Shown piece by piece: positions 63,167 to 64,000 of a stretch of 64,000 bases of DNA (positions are counted from its first letter, which is position 1; each line of letters opens with the position of its first letter). The stretch is from Squalus acanthias. Lineage: Eukaryota. The translations under genes were made by a program, and so were the position numbers. The stretch is from contig CM059432.1 of the NCBI GenBank assembly GCA_030390025.1, forward strand, positions 102,922,001-102,986,000, written 5' to 3'. The notes beneath the pieces are model-generated. The model did no database searches. It had not been told where the DNA came from and saw nothing but the letters and a program-made list of their open reading frames with translations.

Positions 63167-63909
63167 GGCCCAGAAATTGATCTCGCTCTGTTCCCGCGGG
63201 GGTAAGGCTTCCCCGCGATCTCTCACTCCGCGTGTGCTTTTTCAGATCCAGCTCGCACGAACTTGATGTTCCAGACATCAGCTGGGCAGTGCTTGCGTAT
63301 CCCACCGGCGTAGTGAATTCGTGCGAGCTGTGGGATCACGTGACTCAGTTAGAGCCAATGGCAGCACACCATCTTCCATTCATAAGTTTCACATACGTGC
63401 TGTGAAATCTATGAATCTTACACCCCCCCAAAATAACAGCTAAACCTCAATTAAATTTAAAAAAAAAACCATCACATTAATAAAATAAGTATAGTTAAAT
63501 AAATTAACCATTTTAAATAAAAAATTAATTTTTGAAAAAATTTAAAATCTTTTAAAAAGTTATAAAAATAAACTTATCTGTCTTTAAAGTCTCTAAAAAA
63601 GATATACCTGTTAAAAAAAATTCAAAAAAATACTTAATTCACTACTTACCTTGTTAAAAGTGGGTCTTACTCCTCCTTTTTCCATTTCTAAAATCTTCCG
63701 TACTTACCTGCGCGTCCAAAGCACGAAGTGCACAGCGTGCGCGCAGCCTGTAGCGCGCACGCGATGCACCGAGGAACCGCCCCCTTTTCAAAAGACCAAG
63801 TGCCGGTTTTCAGCGCATGCGCAGGGCATGCAGAAAACCGGCAATTGGAGAGAGAATACGCGAGAGTACGCAGTGCGTACTCTCGCGTCGCGGGATGAAT
63901 TTTTGGCCC
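63167..63909. mobile_element. Harbinger-type MITE (~743 bp)
   Basis: GGCCCAGAAATT / AATTTTTGGCCC ends with an AAT TSD. Architecture resembles the MITEs at 8408 and 18101. Confidence 0.82.
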
Positions 63910-64000
63910 AATATTAAAAATCTTAAGTACAAAGTCAATAAAGTTACTGTCTTCAATTTAATATGGACTGAATAAGGTGAATTAGTTGAACAAGAAGCTT

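Overview
This is repeat-dominated vertebrate genomic DNA, most likely from a cartilaginous fish such as a shark. That assignment is an inference from the DeuSINE/SacSINE1-like SINEs, CR1/L2 LINEs and Penelope families present. No host gene can be named. The window holds about seven PIF/Harbinger transposons, each with a HARBI1-like DDE transposase convergent with a spliced Myb/SANT gene, plus about nine Harbinger-type MITEs. One 4.3-kb element (21377-25697) is nearly intact: 12-bp TIRs, an ATT TSD, an open 386-aa transposase, and a 3-exon Myb gene broken only by one missing C in a homopolymer. Retroelements include a 5'-truncated Penelope with a 633-codon open RT/GIY-YIG frame and minimal hammerhead ribozymes, a long chimeric CR1, L2 fragments and two DeuSINEs. 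There are also two unusually long solo-LTR families: X (~1.65 kb, 3 copies, 4-bp TSDs) and Y (~1.4 kb). They share a covarying hairpin module containing a Pol III B-box and a splice donor inside the inferred R region. This LTR module, the paired hammerhead hairpin and the promoter-motif-rich MITEs are the most unusual signals. All calls come from reading the sequence by eye; no database search was run.
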